Source of the DNA: Bdellovibrionales bacterium
GTDB lineage: Bacteria; Bdellovibrionota; Bdellovibrionia; Bdellovibrionales; UBA1609
Assembly: GCA_965200875.1 (NCBI GenBank)
Contig: OZ241456.1
Coordinates: 1,568,001-1,632,000, forward strand
Direction of reading: 5' to 3'
DNA: 64,000 bases
Shown: positions 19,388 to 29,015 of the stretch, one piece after another
Position numbering within the stretch: the stretch's first letter is position 1
Layout: every line of letters begins with the position of its first letter
The notes under the pieces: model-generated
Seen by the model: the letters and a program-made list of their open reading frames with translations, nothing else
Told to the model about the DNA's origin: nothing
Databases searched by the model: none
Program-made: the position numbers and the translations under genes

Positions 19388-22300
19388 AAACATAAAAGCT
19401 GAGAAAAGGGATGAACTTTCCCTCCACCAGCATATTGAACCACCTACTCCCTCTCTGAAAAATCAAAAGAACAGAAACTCTGAGTTTTCCCGCCGACATA
19501 TTGGCCCAACAAAAAAAGATATTTCAGAAATGTTAAAAACCCTTAACTGCAAAACACTGGATGAACTGATTGAAAAGTCCGCTCCTTCTGAAATTCTTAC
19601 CCAAAAAGAGTTACATCTTCCAGAACCTCTCAGTGAAGAGGAATGTCTGAAAGAACTGAAAAATCGCGCACTGAAAAACAAAGTTTTTAAAAACTATATT
19701 GGCATGGGTTATTATGAAACCAACCTGCCCAAAGTGATCCAAAGAAATATTTTGGAAAACCCCGTATGGCTCACCTCCTACACCCCTTATCAATCAGAAA
19801 TATCTCAAGGGCGTCTTCAAGCCCTTTTGAACTTTCAAACCATGATTTTGGAACTGACAGAAATGGACACAGCCAATAGTTCTTTATTGGATGAAGGCAC
19901 TTCTGCCGCGGAAGCTATAAGCATAGCCGTCAATAACCGGCAAGACCACAAAGTAAATGACATATTTATCGATGAATATATTTTTCCTCAAACAAAAGAA
20001 GTGATTACAACCAGAGCCAAATCCATTGGATTGAATGTTATCGTGGGAAAAGCGACCCATATTAATTTTAACCAACAAAAATTTATTTGTACTGTTATTC
20101 AATATCCTGACTCCAGAGGAGAAGTGTATGATTGGGAATCTTTTTGCAAAAAAGCCAAAAAGCAGGATATCATTTCCATATTTGTTGCTGACCCGCTCAG
20201 TTTATGCCTGCTAAAAACTCCAGGATCTATGGGGGCAGACATCGTAGCTGGCTCCTGCCAAAGAATGGGGATTCCTCTTTTCTTTGGTGGCCCTCATGCT
20301 GGTTACATTGCTGTAAAAGAAAAATATACCCGCTCTCTTCCGGGTCGGATTGTGGGGGTTTCTAAAGATCGTCACGGGAAAAAAGCACTCCGGCTGGCTC
20401 TTCAAACAAGAGAGCAACATATCCGCCGGGAAAAAGCCACCAGCAACATTTGTACAGCACAAGCTCTTTTAGCCGTTTTATCCGGCATGTATGCTCTCTA
20501 CCACGGACCAAACGGTTTAAGACAAATAGCCTCGCGTATTCACCTGTTGGCACTCAGTCTCAATGCTTCTTTAAGAAAAATAAATGTCACGCCAAAAAAC
20601 AAGGGAAATATTTTTGATACTGTACAAATAGAATTGCCGACAAATAAAGCAAACGCTCTTTATGAAAAGTTTATTCAAAATAAAATCAATATCGCAAAAA
20701 TTCCACTTTGTGAGGCAAAGAAAAACACAGGCGAAAACATTGACAATACCGCGAGCAACAAAACACCAAACTCTGTAAAAGACAGTACTCACATAAACGG
20801 CAACACCTTACTTTCTTTTTCCATCAACGAAACCACTACAGAAGAAGACATAAAAGAAATTCTATTTTTAATAAAAGAGGGTCTGGAGGAAACAACAGAA
20901 AATGCTATGAAAAATATATTTCAAAATATTTCCTGCACCTACTTACCAGAAAAACTTATAAGAAAAACACCTTGTCTTAAACACCCCATGTTTCAAACTT
21001 ATCATTCTGAAATCCAAATGCTTCGTTACATTCATCATCTGCAAGAGGGAGATCTATCGCTTACCCATTCTATGATCCCTCTTGGTTCCTGCACCATGAA
21101 ACTAAACGGAACCACAGAGCTTATGCCAGTAAGCTGGCCTGAGTTTTCATGTATTCATCCTTTTGCTCCCCCGTCTCAAACAAAAGCTTACACGCAAGTT
21201 ATAAAAGAGCTGGAGCAATATTTATGTGAGATCACAGGCTTTAGTGCTGTGTCCTTTCAGCCCAACGCCGGTTCTCAAGGGGAATATGCTGGGCTTCTTA
21301 TTATCCGCCGTTACCATGAACAACAAAAAAACAAAGAGAGAAACATTTGCCTTATCCCCTCCTCTGCCCACGGAACCAACCCAGCCTCCGCCATTATGGC
21401 AGGCTTAAAACCAATCACTGTAAATTGCGACAAAAAAGGCAATATTTCCAGAGAGGATTTACAAGAAAAAATCCACAAACACAAAAAAGAATTGGCAGTT
21501 TTTATGTTGACCTTTCCATCCACTTTCGGGGTGTTTGAAGAGCGTGTTCCTGAAATTTGTGAATGGGTGCACTCAGCTGGGGGATTGGTTTACCTAGATG
21601 GTGCAAATATGAACGCCTTAATAGGAATCAGTCGCCCGGCGGAATGGGGTGCGGATGTTTGTCATCTCAACTTACACAAAACTTTTTGCATCCCTCACGG
21701 AGGAGGTGGGCCTGGAGTGGGTCCTGTTGCTGTGACAAACACTTTAAAAAAGTTTCTGCCAAGTCATCCAGTCATTCCTGAGTGTGGACCAGAGGAAGGC
21801 ATAACTGCTGTCAGCTCCGCTCCTTATGGAAGTGCCGGCATTTTGATGATTCCCTGGGCTTATATTCGCCTTATGGGAGCAAAAGGTCTTAAAACTGCCA
21901 CAAAAACAGCAGTTCTAAACGCTAACTATATAGCTCAAAAACTCAAGGCACACTATAAAATTCTTTACACAGGAAAAAACAACAAAGTAGCGCATGAATG
22001 TATTGTGGATTTTAGAAAATTCAAAAACACCGCAGAGATCACCGTGGATGATGTGGCAAAAAGGCTCACTGACTATGGCTTTCACGCACCAACCATGAAC
22101 TGGCCTGTACCTGGAACTCTTATGATTGAACCTACCGAAAGCGAAGATAAACAGGAGCTGAATCGCTTTTGTTCTGCACTTATTGAAATACGAAAAGAAA
22201 TTCAAGAGATTGAAGAGAAAAAAGCAAGCCTGAAAAACAATGTTCTGAAAAATGCTCCTCACACTTTGGAAGACGCCTTACAGGAAAACTGGAGCTTTCC

Positions 22301-22430
22301 CTATTCAAAAGAACAGGCTTTTTACCCTCTCCCTTGGGTCAGGGAACATAAGTTTTGGCCAAAAACCTCCCGCGTGGAAAATGCTTACGGCGATATTAAT
22401 CTTTTTTGCTCCTGCCCGCCGCTTGTTTAA
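19374..22430 (+). CDS. gcvP: Glycine dehydrogenase (decarboxylating), glycine cleavage P protein
   Basis: RRHIGP, YTPYQSEISQGRL, REQHIRREKATSNICTAQ, PLGSCTMKLN, HLNLHKTF; start moved to ATG 19374. Confidence 0.96.
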   Translation: MTNFKNIKAEKRDELSLHQHIEPPTPSLKNQKNRNSEFSRRHIGPTKKDISEMLKTLNCKTLDELIEKSAPSEILTQKELHLPEPLSEEECLKELKNRALKNKVFKNYIGMGYYETNLPKVIQRNILENPVWLTSYTPYQSEISQGRLQALLNFQTMILELTEMDTANSSLLDEGTSAAEAISIAVNNRQDHKVNDIFIDEYIFPQTKEVITTRAKSIGLNVIVGKATHINFNQQKFICTVIQYPDSRGEVYDWESFCKKAKKQDIISIFVADPLSLCLLKTPGSMGADIVAGSCQRMGIPLFFGGPHAGYIAVKEKYTRSLPGRIVGVSKDRHGKKALRLALQTREQHIRREKATSNICTAQALLAVLSGMYALYHGPNGLRQIASRIHLLALSLNASLRKINVTPKNKGNIFDTVQIELPTNKANALYEKFIQNKINIAKIPLCEAKKNTGENIDNTASNKTPNSVKDSTHINGNTLLSFSINETTTEEDIKEILFLIKEGLEETTENAMKNIFQNISCTYLPEKLIRKTPCLKHPMFQTYHSEIQMLRYIHHLQEGDLSLTHSMIPLGSCTMKLNGTTELMPVSWPEFSCIHPFAPPSQTKAYTQVIKELEQYLCEITGFSAVSFQPNAGSQGEYAGLLIIRRYHEQQKNKERNICLIPSSAHGTNPASAIMAGLKPITVNCDKKGNISREDLQEKIHKHKKELAVFMLTFPSTFGVFEERVPEICEWVHSAGGLVYLDGANMNALIGISRPAEWGADVCHLNLHKTFCIPHGGGGPGVGPVAVTNTLKKFLPSHPVIPECGPEEGITAVSSAPYGSAGILMIPWAYIRLMGAKGLKTATKTAVLNANYIAQKLKAHYKILYTGKNNKVAHECIVDFRKFKNTAEITVDDVAKRLTDYGFHAPTMNWPVPGTLMIEPTESEDKQELNRFCSALIEIRKEIQEIEEKKASLKNNVLKNAPHTLEDALQENWSFPYSKEQAFYPLPWVREHKFWPKTSRVENAYGDINLFCSCPPLV

Positions 22431-22445
22431 CTGATACATAACACT

Positions 22446-25226
22446 CTAAGCTGATTTTTTGACTTTTAAAAGCTTGTTTATAATTTCATGAACTTCTTGG
22501 CCTGTTTCATCCTGAGAAACAAAAAAACGCCAAATTCCATTTTCTTTATCTTGGTTAACAGCTTTTATCCAAAGGTCCATGTAATCCCATTTGGATTCAT
22601 CCTTTGAGTTTTTCTTTCCTTTGACCTCCAGAACCATAAAGCTTTTATCCGAAAGCCTGATGATAAAATCAGGGGTATAGTTGTGTAAAACTCCATTATG
22701 AATATAATTTATTTCAAAACCCAAGTGATCATTTTTCACCCATGCTTCAACATGGGGGTTTTCGTCCAAGGCTTTTGCGTGGGCAAGCTCCCAAGTGCTA
22801 TCCACAACAGTGCGATTGATATGTGTCTTCTTGAAAATTCCTGTTCTTTTTCCAGTGCGCCAATTTAAAGACTCTTTTGTTGAGCGGTATTTTGGATTTC
22901 TGTAAATGACAAAAAACTCTTTTTGATTTTGATGAGTAATGGCAGAAAGAACTTTTCTTACAATTTGCTCCATACCCATCATAACAGCAATTTTTCTTTT
23001 TGTTTTGTCTGCTTGAAAAGATTTTGGTTCTATTTGAAACTTATCAGAGTTTAAAAAGTCTTCTATAATTTTAAGCAACTGCGAAAGCGCAAAGTCCCGG
23101 TTCACTTTCTTTTTCCATTCCAAGTTTATCTGATCATAAATATTGAGGGCAGTGGTGAAAAAAAGTGTCTGTATGCGAGTGTCCTGTTCTTTAAGAAGTT
23201 TCTCCATATCTATTGGTTTGATTTTTTCATAATCCGGTTCGCCATTTATTTCCGGAGCCATATCAACAAGCTTTCTGATTTCACTGATTTTTAAAGGCTT
23301 CACTTTAGTGAAATCAACTTTTAAAACAGGATTCAGCTCAAGATCAATCCTCTCCACATCTGGATAGGTGATTTTATATTTTTCTTTTTCAGGATCTGGA
23401 AAAATCGGCCACTTAGGCGAAACAGGCCGGGGATTACCTCCCTCTGCTTCTTCCTGAGGGATAAAAGAAAAAGGAATACCAAAAATATTCACATACTCCG
23501 GATCAAAAAATCCTTTATCGTTTAACTCATAAGAGGTTCGTCTTAAACCTCTCCCTACAATTTGTTCACATAAAAGCTGACTGGAAAAAGCTCTCAAACC
23601 CATAATATGGGTTACAGTTTGGCAATTCCAACCCTCAGTGAGCATAGCGACAGAAATAATATGTCTCAGCTGTTCCCCAGGTTTACCGATTTGTCCGGCG
23701 GTGTTCACCTTATCCCTTAACTCGGTCTCTTCTGCAAGCTTTGCTTTGTTCTGGCCTTTTCTGTTAGGAAAATCTAAATCCGAATAAATAAGGGCAGTTT
23801 TGTCCTCTTTGCAAAGTTCAGGAATGGTCATTCTTTTTTTATCAAACATATACTTGATTCTATCCGCTGTTTCTTTTCTGTTTGTTACAGAGATCATAAC
23901 CGGCGGAACTTGCATTTTGTTTGTCTGCCAATGTTTTAGGGTTTTGCTATAGTCATGGCCTAAAAGTAAATAACCATTTCTTACCAACGAGGGAAGCATC
24001 TCCTCTGGTTTGGCTTTTCTGTTTAAATTGTCTTTCACATTTTCATTATCGTAAATGTGATACAGTTTTGATTTTAAATTTTTTGGATCTACTGGGCCAT
24101 CATCCCTTACGACAAAGCGCGGAGTTTTTGTCAAGCCGGATTCCACGGCAGACATTAAACCAAAGTCACTTACAATCCAATCAAACAAATCCTCTTTGTA
24201 AGAGGTCACGGCTTTTGTACCAGAGGGAGCAAAGGGGGTTGCTGAAAAGTCGAAACAACTTAAAATCCCCTTATGTTTATGGATCCTGTCCAACCCTTTG
24301 ATCCAACAAGTGGCCCTTTCTTTTTCTTTTGGATCAACCCCTGTCTGTTTTTCCTCACTTCTATGTCTCCAAGCATGATGAGCTTCATCGTTGATAACCA
24401 AAATTTTTCCGCCGGCTTTGGCTATATCTCCAAGAACATCCCTGAGATAGGCTTTCCCACTTTTAACACCTCTTTTATCGACGCTTTTTCTTTTTTGTAA
24501 GCTCTCCTCTGTATCCCACATAAGGGTATGCCAATTTTCGATATGAACCTTCCCCTGTCTCAGAAAGGGTAGCAAGTCATAAGGAACAATTTTTTTCTCT
24601 TCATAGTAATTTTCCGGTTTGTTAAAATCCAGCACAGAAAGACGGCTTTTGACTGTCAAGTTAGGGGCCACAATAAACACATATTTTGAAAACCTTGGAT
24701 CCTGTGGATAAGCTCTCTTGTTTAAAATTTGCCAAGCGATGGTCATGGCCATAACATAAGTTTTTCCTGTGCCAGTGGCCATTTTTACGCAAAGTCTTTC
24801 AAACTCTCCACCATCCTTTGGAATTTCAATCCCCACCTTCTCTTCAGCATGAGCTTCTTTTAACCAGATAAGAGTCTCCACAGCTTCTTTTTGGCAAAAG
24901 AAAAACTCATAACCCCGCCCGTTAGCTCCTTTTTTATTCCAAAACTCCAACAGTCTTTTGGTAATGCTTGTGACTCCAGAGTATCCGGCTTCTCTCCATT
25001 TTTTCACCCTTGGGCGAATTTTATTCACTAAAGGCAGAGCAATAAAATCCCCTACTGACTGATATTTTTTGTCGGATGAAGCAATCACATAGCCCGCAGG
25101 TCGCCTGCCCTCTTTTATAAAATGCTTACCCCTTGTTCGCTCAAAATCCCAATGTTGTTTTGGCTCTTCAAACGGAGAGTTGATAATCAGCTGATCAATT
25201 TTTTCTTTAAACTCTGGTCTACTCAT
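22446..25226 (-). CDS. Type III-like restriction subunit (SF2 helicase + C-terminal PD-(D/E)XK nuclease)
   Basis: KMATGTGKT, INDEAHH, FSATP, MLTEGW, EQIVGRGLRR, YTPDFII...LEVKG. Confidence 0.88.
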   Translation of the reverse strand: MSRPEFKEKIDQLIINSPFEEPKQHWDFERTRGKHFIKEGRRPAGYVIASSDKKYQSVGDFIALPLVNKIRPRVKKWREAGYSGVTSITKRLLEFWNKKGANGRGYEFFFCQKEAVETLIWLKEAHAEEKVGIEIPKDGGEFERLCVKMATGTGKTYVMAMTIAWQILNKRAYPQDPRFSKYVFIVAPNLTVKSRLSVLDFNKPENYYEEKKIVPYDLLPFLRQGKVHIENWHTLMWDTEESLQKRKSVDKRGVKSGKAYLRDVLGDIAKAGGKILVINDEAHHAWRHRSEEKQTGVDPKEKERATCWIKGLDRIHKHKGILSCFDFSATPFAPSGTKAVTSYKEDLFDWIVSDFGLMSAVESGLTKTPRFVVRDDGPVDPKNLKSKLYHIYDNENVKDNLNRKAKPEEMLPSLVRNGYLLLGHDYSKTLKHWQTNKMQVPPVMISVTNRKETADRIKYMFDKKRMTIPELCKEDKTALIYSDLDFPNRKGQNKAKLAEETELRDKVNTAGQIGKPGEQLRHIISVAMLTEGWNCQTVTHIMGLRAFSSQLLCEQIVGRGLRRTSYELNDKGFFDPEYVNIFGIPFSFIPQEEAEGGNPRPVSPKWPIFPDPEKEKYKITYPDVERIDLELNPVLKVDFTKVKPLKISEIRKLVDMAPEINGEPDYEKIKPIDMEKLLKEQDTRIQTLFFTTALNIYDQINLEWKKKVNRDFALSQLLKIIEDFLNSDKFQIEPKSFQADKTKRKIAVMMGMEQIVRKVLSAITHQNQKEFFVIYRNPKYRSTKESLNWRTGKRTGIFKKTHINRTVVDSTWELAHAKALDENPHVEAWVKNDHLGFEINYIHNGVLHNYTPDFIIRLSDKSFMVLEVKGKKNSKDESKWDYMDLWIKAVNQDKENGIWRFFVSQDETGQEVHEIINKLLKVKKSA

Positions 25227-25236
25227 TTTTTGTCCC

Positions 25237-25665
25237 TTATACCGAAGACTTTTTTAAAGAGGTTTTTGTTTGCTCTTTGCTCCAATAATCCATACTGCAA
25301 ACTTTTTGCACACAACCTGCAAACTGAAGAACACCCTCATAAATTTTATCAATCGGTGTATCCAAATAAAGATTTCCATCGTCTTCTTGAATACCATTGT
25401 TTAGCAATATACTGTTAAAGACTTTTTGCTTTGAAGAAGTATTGATCTCATAATTATAGGATAGACGCTGAAGAGCCATACCAAAATCACATATCCGAAC
25501 ATAATTTGCTCCTTTAGGACTTTCTTGAAAATAAATATCCACCATATCCCCATCCTCATGCAGAATAGGAGCTGTTAGTTGGTACTTGCCTGGCCTTCTC
25601 TCATAAACATGGAAGCTTGATCTTGTTTTGTTTAAAAGTTTAAGTATTTTTTCAGTATTCATCAT
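25237..25665 (-). CDS. DUF1828-like protein, probably C-terminally truncated
   Basis: PILHEDGDMVDIY, RICDFGMAL motif; only 142 aa. Confidence 0.65.
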   Translation of the reverse strand: MMNTEKILKLLNKTRSSFHVYERRPGKYQLTAPILHEDGDMVDIYFQESPKGANYVRICDFGMALQRLSYNYEINTSSKQKVFNSILLNNGIQEDDGNLYLDTPIDKIYEGVLQFAGCVQKVCSMDYWSKEQTKTSLKKSSV

Positions 25666-25729
25666 TTAAAAAAACCTCATTTGTTCCAGTTCAGGAAAAT
25701 AATCTTGCCAGTTTAACAACACTTTTGCA

Positions 25730-28393
25730 TTAAGAAACATTACTCTGTTTCTTAGACCCTTTAATTTTTTGGTTTGGAAAGTCCAAAATTTTTAAGGATT
25801 CGATACCTCGGTCATCAATAATTTTAACAGCGATTTTTTTATTTTTACCTTTTTTGAAAGGGAGGGAGACTGTCCCTCTGTATTTTTCTATAAGGCTTTG
25901 GTCTATTTCTGATTTCAAGCTTTTAGCGAGCTTTGCAAAGCCACCTTTTTTGCTCTCCATAGGGAAAAACACCTGCCTTGGAAATAAAGCCTCTCCGTCA
26001 TAATCCGTATCCAAAACCCACATCGCGATTTTGTTTTTCCCACCGGATTCAATTTGATTGGTAGCGGGATTATAGTAATCAAAGCCCTGCACTTCCACAA
26101 TATACTCATCTTTTTTAGAGTTGTTTTTTACTTCCACATCGGGAGAACCTACAAGCCAAAAACTTTCTTTGGATGATGATTTTTTCTTCAAATCAGAAGT
26201 TTGCAAATCCATATTCATTTCAATTTTAATAGCTTTTGTTCTGCCTGATTTATAGCCATCGATAAGACGACTTGCCTCCGGATCAAAACGAAAAGAGGCA
26301 AAAACAAGAATATCCGGTTTTTCTTTTTTTACTTCCATTTCCTTTAAAGCTTGTTCCACCTGTCTTTTATCCATAGGAGCATGTTCCGGGCCAAAGGAGA
26401 TCACAACCGATCTTGGGTTTTTAGTCATCCCTTCTGCATGCAAAAACTTAAATCCGGGAAGCCTTTCCAATTGAGAGAAATCCATATCTGTTGCAATCCC
26501 ATTTTTACATTTAATACCGGATCTTCTCACTTCATCCAGCCATTCATATTTAAAACTGATTTTTTTGCTTTGCCCCAAGCTTTGAACTGTTGGAGAGGGG
26601 ACAGCCTCCACTGTAAAAGGGCCTGTCACACGGGCTTTTGTCTTGTCCTTCAAGGGCTTATCATACAAAACTTCCTCTTTAGCTGGTTCATTATTGGCAA
26701 TAGAGCCTAAGGTGATATGAGGGACTGTTTTATATTGAAATCCTGAGCTTACTCCTTCGGTTTTATTTTTTAGTTTATAGTAGTCAAAGTGAGCTGTCAT
26801 TAGCCTTTGCTTGGCAAGAGTTATGGCCACACGGGAGGTATCACAAGTGATCCACCGCCGGCCCCATTTTTCTGCCACATAAGCTGTCGTACCGCTCCCG
26901 CAAGTGGGATCTAAAACCAAGTCCCCCGGGTCTGTCGTCATAAGAAGGCAACGCTCAATAACTCTTGTAGATGTTTGTACAATATAGCTTTTATCTAATT
27001 CTGTAAAAGTATCAATCCAATTGTTATTAATAGCTTGAACAGGCAAATCATCAAAATATTGAATATAATTTAACCAATTTTTTGTTCCATATAATCTTTT
27101 TTCTTTAGCTAATTTTTTCATTCCGTTAAAGTTGGTTTTCCATGAATATCCTTTAGAGGATGAATAATTTTTTCCTTTATATTTAAAATCGAAAGTGCAG
27201 CTTGGAGTGTATCCAGAAGAAAAGAGATTTGAAAGACGAAAGAGTTTAGCATTACTTGGAACTAAGGATAGGTCTTTTTTTTCATCTTTAGTTAGACTCC
27301 TTCTCTCTCCATGTGGAAACTCTACTTTTGTAAATGGTGTATCTTTTCCTTTATTTTTTTCAGTAAATAGCCTTTGAAATTTAATATTTTCAATATTTTT
27401 TGTGTACCATATTATGTAATCCGATATTTCTGGAATCAATTTTATTCCAAGAGGACTATTTGTTCTAAATGATATTTGTCGAACAAAATTCTCTCTTCCA
27501 AAAATCTCATCCATAAGGTTTCGGACCAGATGGACATTTTCATCAGAGATTTGCACAAAGCAGGAACCACTTTCAGTTAAAAGTTCTCTTGTGAACAAAA
27601 GTCTATCCCTTAAATAGGACAAATAGGAATGGATGCCAAGCTCCCAAGTATCTCTAAAAGCCTTAAGCATTTCAGGTTCCGCTGTCAGATCCTCATCCTT
27701 TTTGTCTTTGACATCCCTTTTATTGGTAAAGGGCTGAAAGTTAGAACCATATTTAATCCCGTAAGGGGGATCAATATAGACACATTGGATTTGCCCTCCC
27801 ATGCCTTCTTTTTCAAGTAAAGAGTTCATCACCAGAAGGGAGTCACCGGCAATTAGACGGTTTTTCCAAAGCTTTTCATGCCGATAAAAGTCGATGGCGG
27901 AAGAGTCAGGCAGTTTCCCCTCTTTTTTAAAAAGAGATAGCTGCTCATAGTTAGCCGTGTTGGTTTTTCTCACTTGCTCTATCACAGCCCTTGGGTCAAT
28001 TCTTTCATGAGTGTGGAGTGAAATGGTGGGAACCTCAAAAGAGGCTCGCTCCTTCTTACCTGCCCAGTTTAGGTAAGGCTCAGATAAGTTTTTCAGTTTA
28101 GTAAGTGCCTCTTTGGCCTTTGTATAGGCTGTTTTATAGGATTCTTCAGAGGCTTCTTTATCGGCTGATTCAGGAGATCCTGAAAGACCATTTTCGATAA
28201 TTTTTTCGATCTTTTCTCTTTTGGAATCAAAGCACAATTCAGGGGAAATATGAGGATCAAAAGCATATTCTTTTTTCTCCTCCTTAAGTGGTTCTGTTTT
28301 ACTATTAACCAAGCCAACAGAAGGATTGTTTTTCCGCTTTTTCTTCTTATGCTTAAACTGTGTAATATCCAATTTTCGAGCTGGTTTTCCCAT
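25730..28393 (-). CDS. Type III-like N6-adenine DNA methyltransferase (Mod)
   Basis: NRLIAGDSL, YIDPPYG, VLDPTCGSGTT; co-oriented upstream of Res. Confidence 0.9.
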   Translation of the reverse strand: MGKPARKLDITQFKHKKKKRKNNPSVGLVNSKTEPLKEEKKEYAFDPHISPELCFDSKREKIEKIIENGLSGSPESADKEASEESYKTAYTKAKEALTKLKNLSEPYLNWAGKKERASFEVPTISLHTHERIDPRAVIEQVRKTNTANYEQLSLFKKEGKLPDSSAIDFYRHEKLWKNRLIAGDSLLVMNSLLEKEGMGGQIQCVYIDPPYGIKYGSNFQPFTNKRDVKDKKDEDLTAEPEMLKAFRDTWELGIHSYLSYLRDRLLFTRELLTESGSCFVQISDENVHLVRNLMDEIFGRENFVRQISFRTNSPLGIKLIPEISDYIIWYTKNIENIKFQRLFTEKNKGKDTPFTKVEFPHGERRSLTKDEKKDLSLVPSNAKLFRLSNLFSSGYTPSCTFDFKYKGKNYSSSKGYSWKTNFNGMKKLAKEKRLYGTKNWLNYIQYFDDLPVQAINNNWIDTFTELDKSYIVQTSTRVIERCLLMTTDPGDLVLDPTCGSGTTAYVAEKWGRRWITCDTSRVAITLAKQRLMTAHFDYYKLKNKTEGVSSGFQYKTVPHITLGSIANNEPAKEEVLYDKPLKDKTKARVTGPFTVEAVPSPTVQSLGQSKKISFKYEWLDEVRRSGIKCKNGIATDMDFSQLERLPGFKFLHAEGMTKNPRSVVISFGPEHAPMDKRQVEQALKEMEVKKEKPDILVFASFRFDPEASRLIDGYKSGRTKAIKIEMNMDLQTSDLKKKSSSKESFWLVGSPDVEVKNNSKKDEYIVEVQGFDYYNPATNQIESGGKNKIAMWVLDTDYDGEALFPRQVFFPMESKKGGFAKLAKSLKSEIDQSLIEKYRGTVSLPFKKGKNKKIAVKIIDDRGIESLKILDFPNQKIKGSKKQSNVS

Positions 28394-28440
28394 AACTTCC
28401 CCTTCCTTAGGACTTCATATTTAGCCAACACATTACTTTA

Positions 28441-28585
28441 TGTCTGCCGTGAAAAATCTCCAATGTTTTAATTATCAACACTTTTTTTCATGTACTTTCC
28501 CAAGGAAACTGAAAGCCAAGTTGTTGGCTTTCAGTCCCGTGAAAACGGGAATCCAGGAAAATCACATACTTTTTCACTTGCGACT
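28441..28585. mobile_element. Repeat family A copy
   Basis: ccgtgaaaaa ... cccaaggaaactgaaagccaagttgttggctttcagtcccgtgaaaacgggaatccagg ... tttttcac. Confidence 0.85.
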
Positions 28586-28686
28586 TTCTTATTCAAAACC
28601 CACAAATTAGCGTTTCGGAAAAGACAAAACAGGTCTTAAGAAAAACAAAAAAACCGGACTTTTGGTTCAGAAAAAACCTGAATAAA

Positions 28687-28833
28687 TAGTCCGCCGTGAA
28701 AAACCCATAGTGCTTTAATTATCACACTCTTTTTTCAGGTACTTTCCCAAGGAAACTGAAAGCCAAGTTGTTGGCTTTCAGTCCCGTGAAAACGGGAATC
28801 CAGGAAAATCACATACTTTTTCACGGACCAATA
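28687..28833. mobile_element. Repeat family A, longest intact copy (147 bp)
   Basis: Both TIRs, inner hairpin and REP-like cccgtgaaaacggg hairpin present. Confidence 0.87.
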
Positions 28834-29015
28834 AATAATAAAGCATTATATTCGTGAAAATTCGGATTTCGAATTTTTACTCCTTCAAAACCATTTAAAT
28901 AGCCAATTTTAAATGATCCCAATTTTGCTTATGAAAGAAATAAAACAATCAATAATTTTTAAAAGGGAGTATATTATGCAAAAAACAAAGAAAAAAATAG
29001 AACAAGCGATATATT

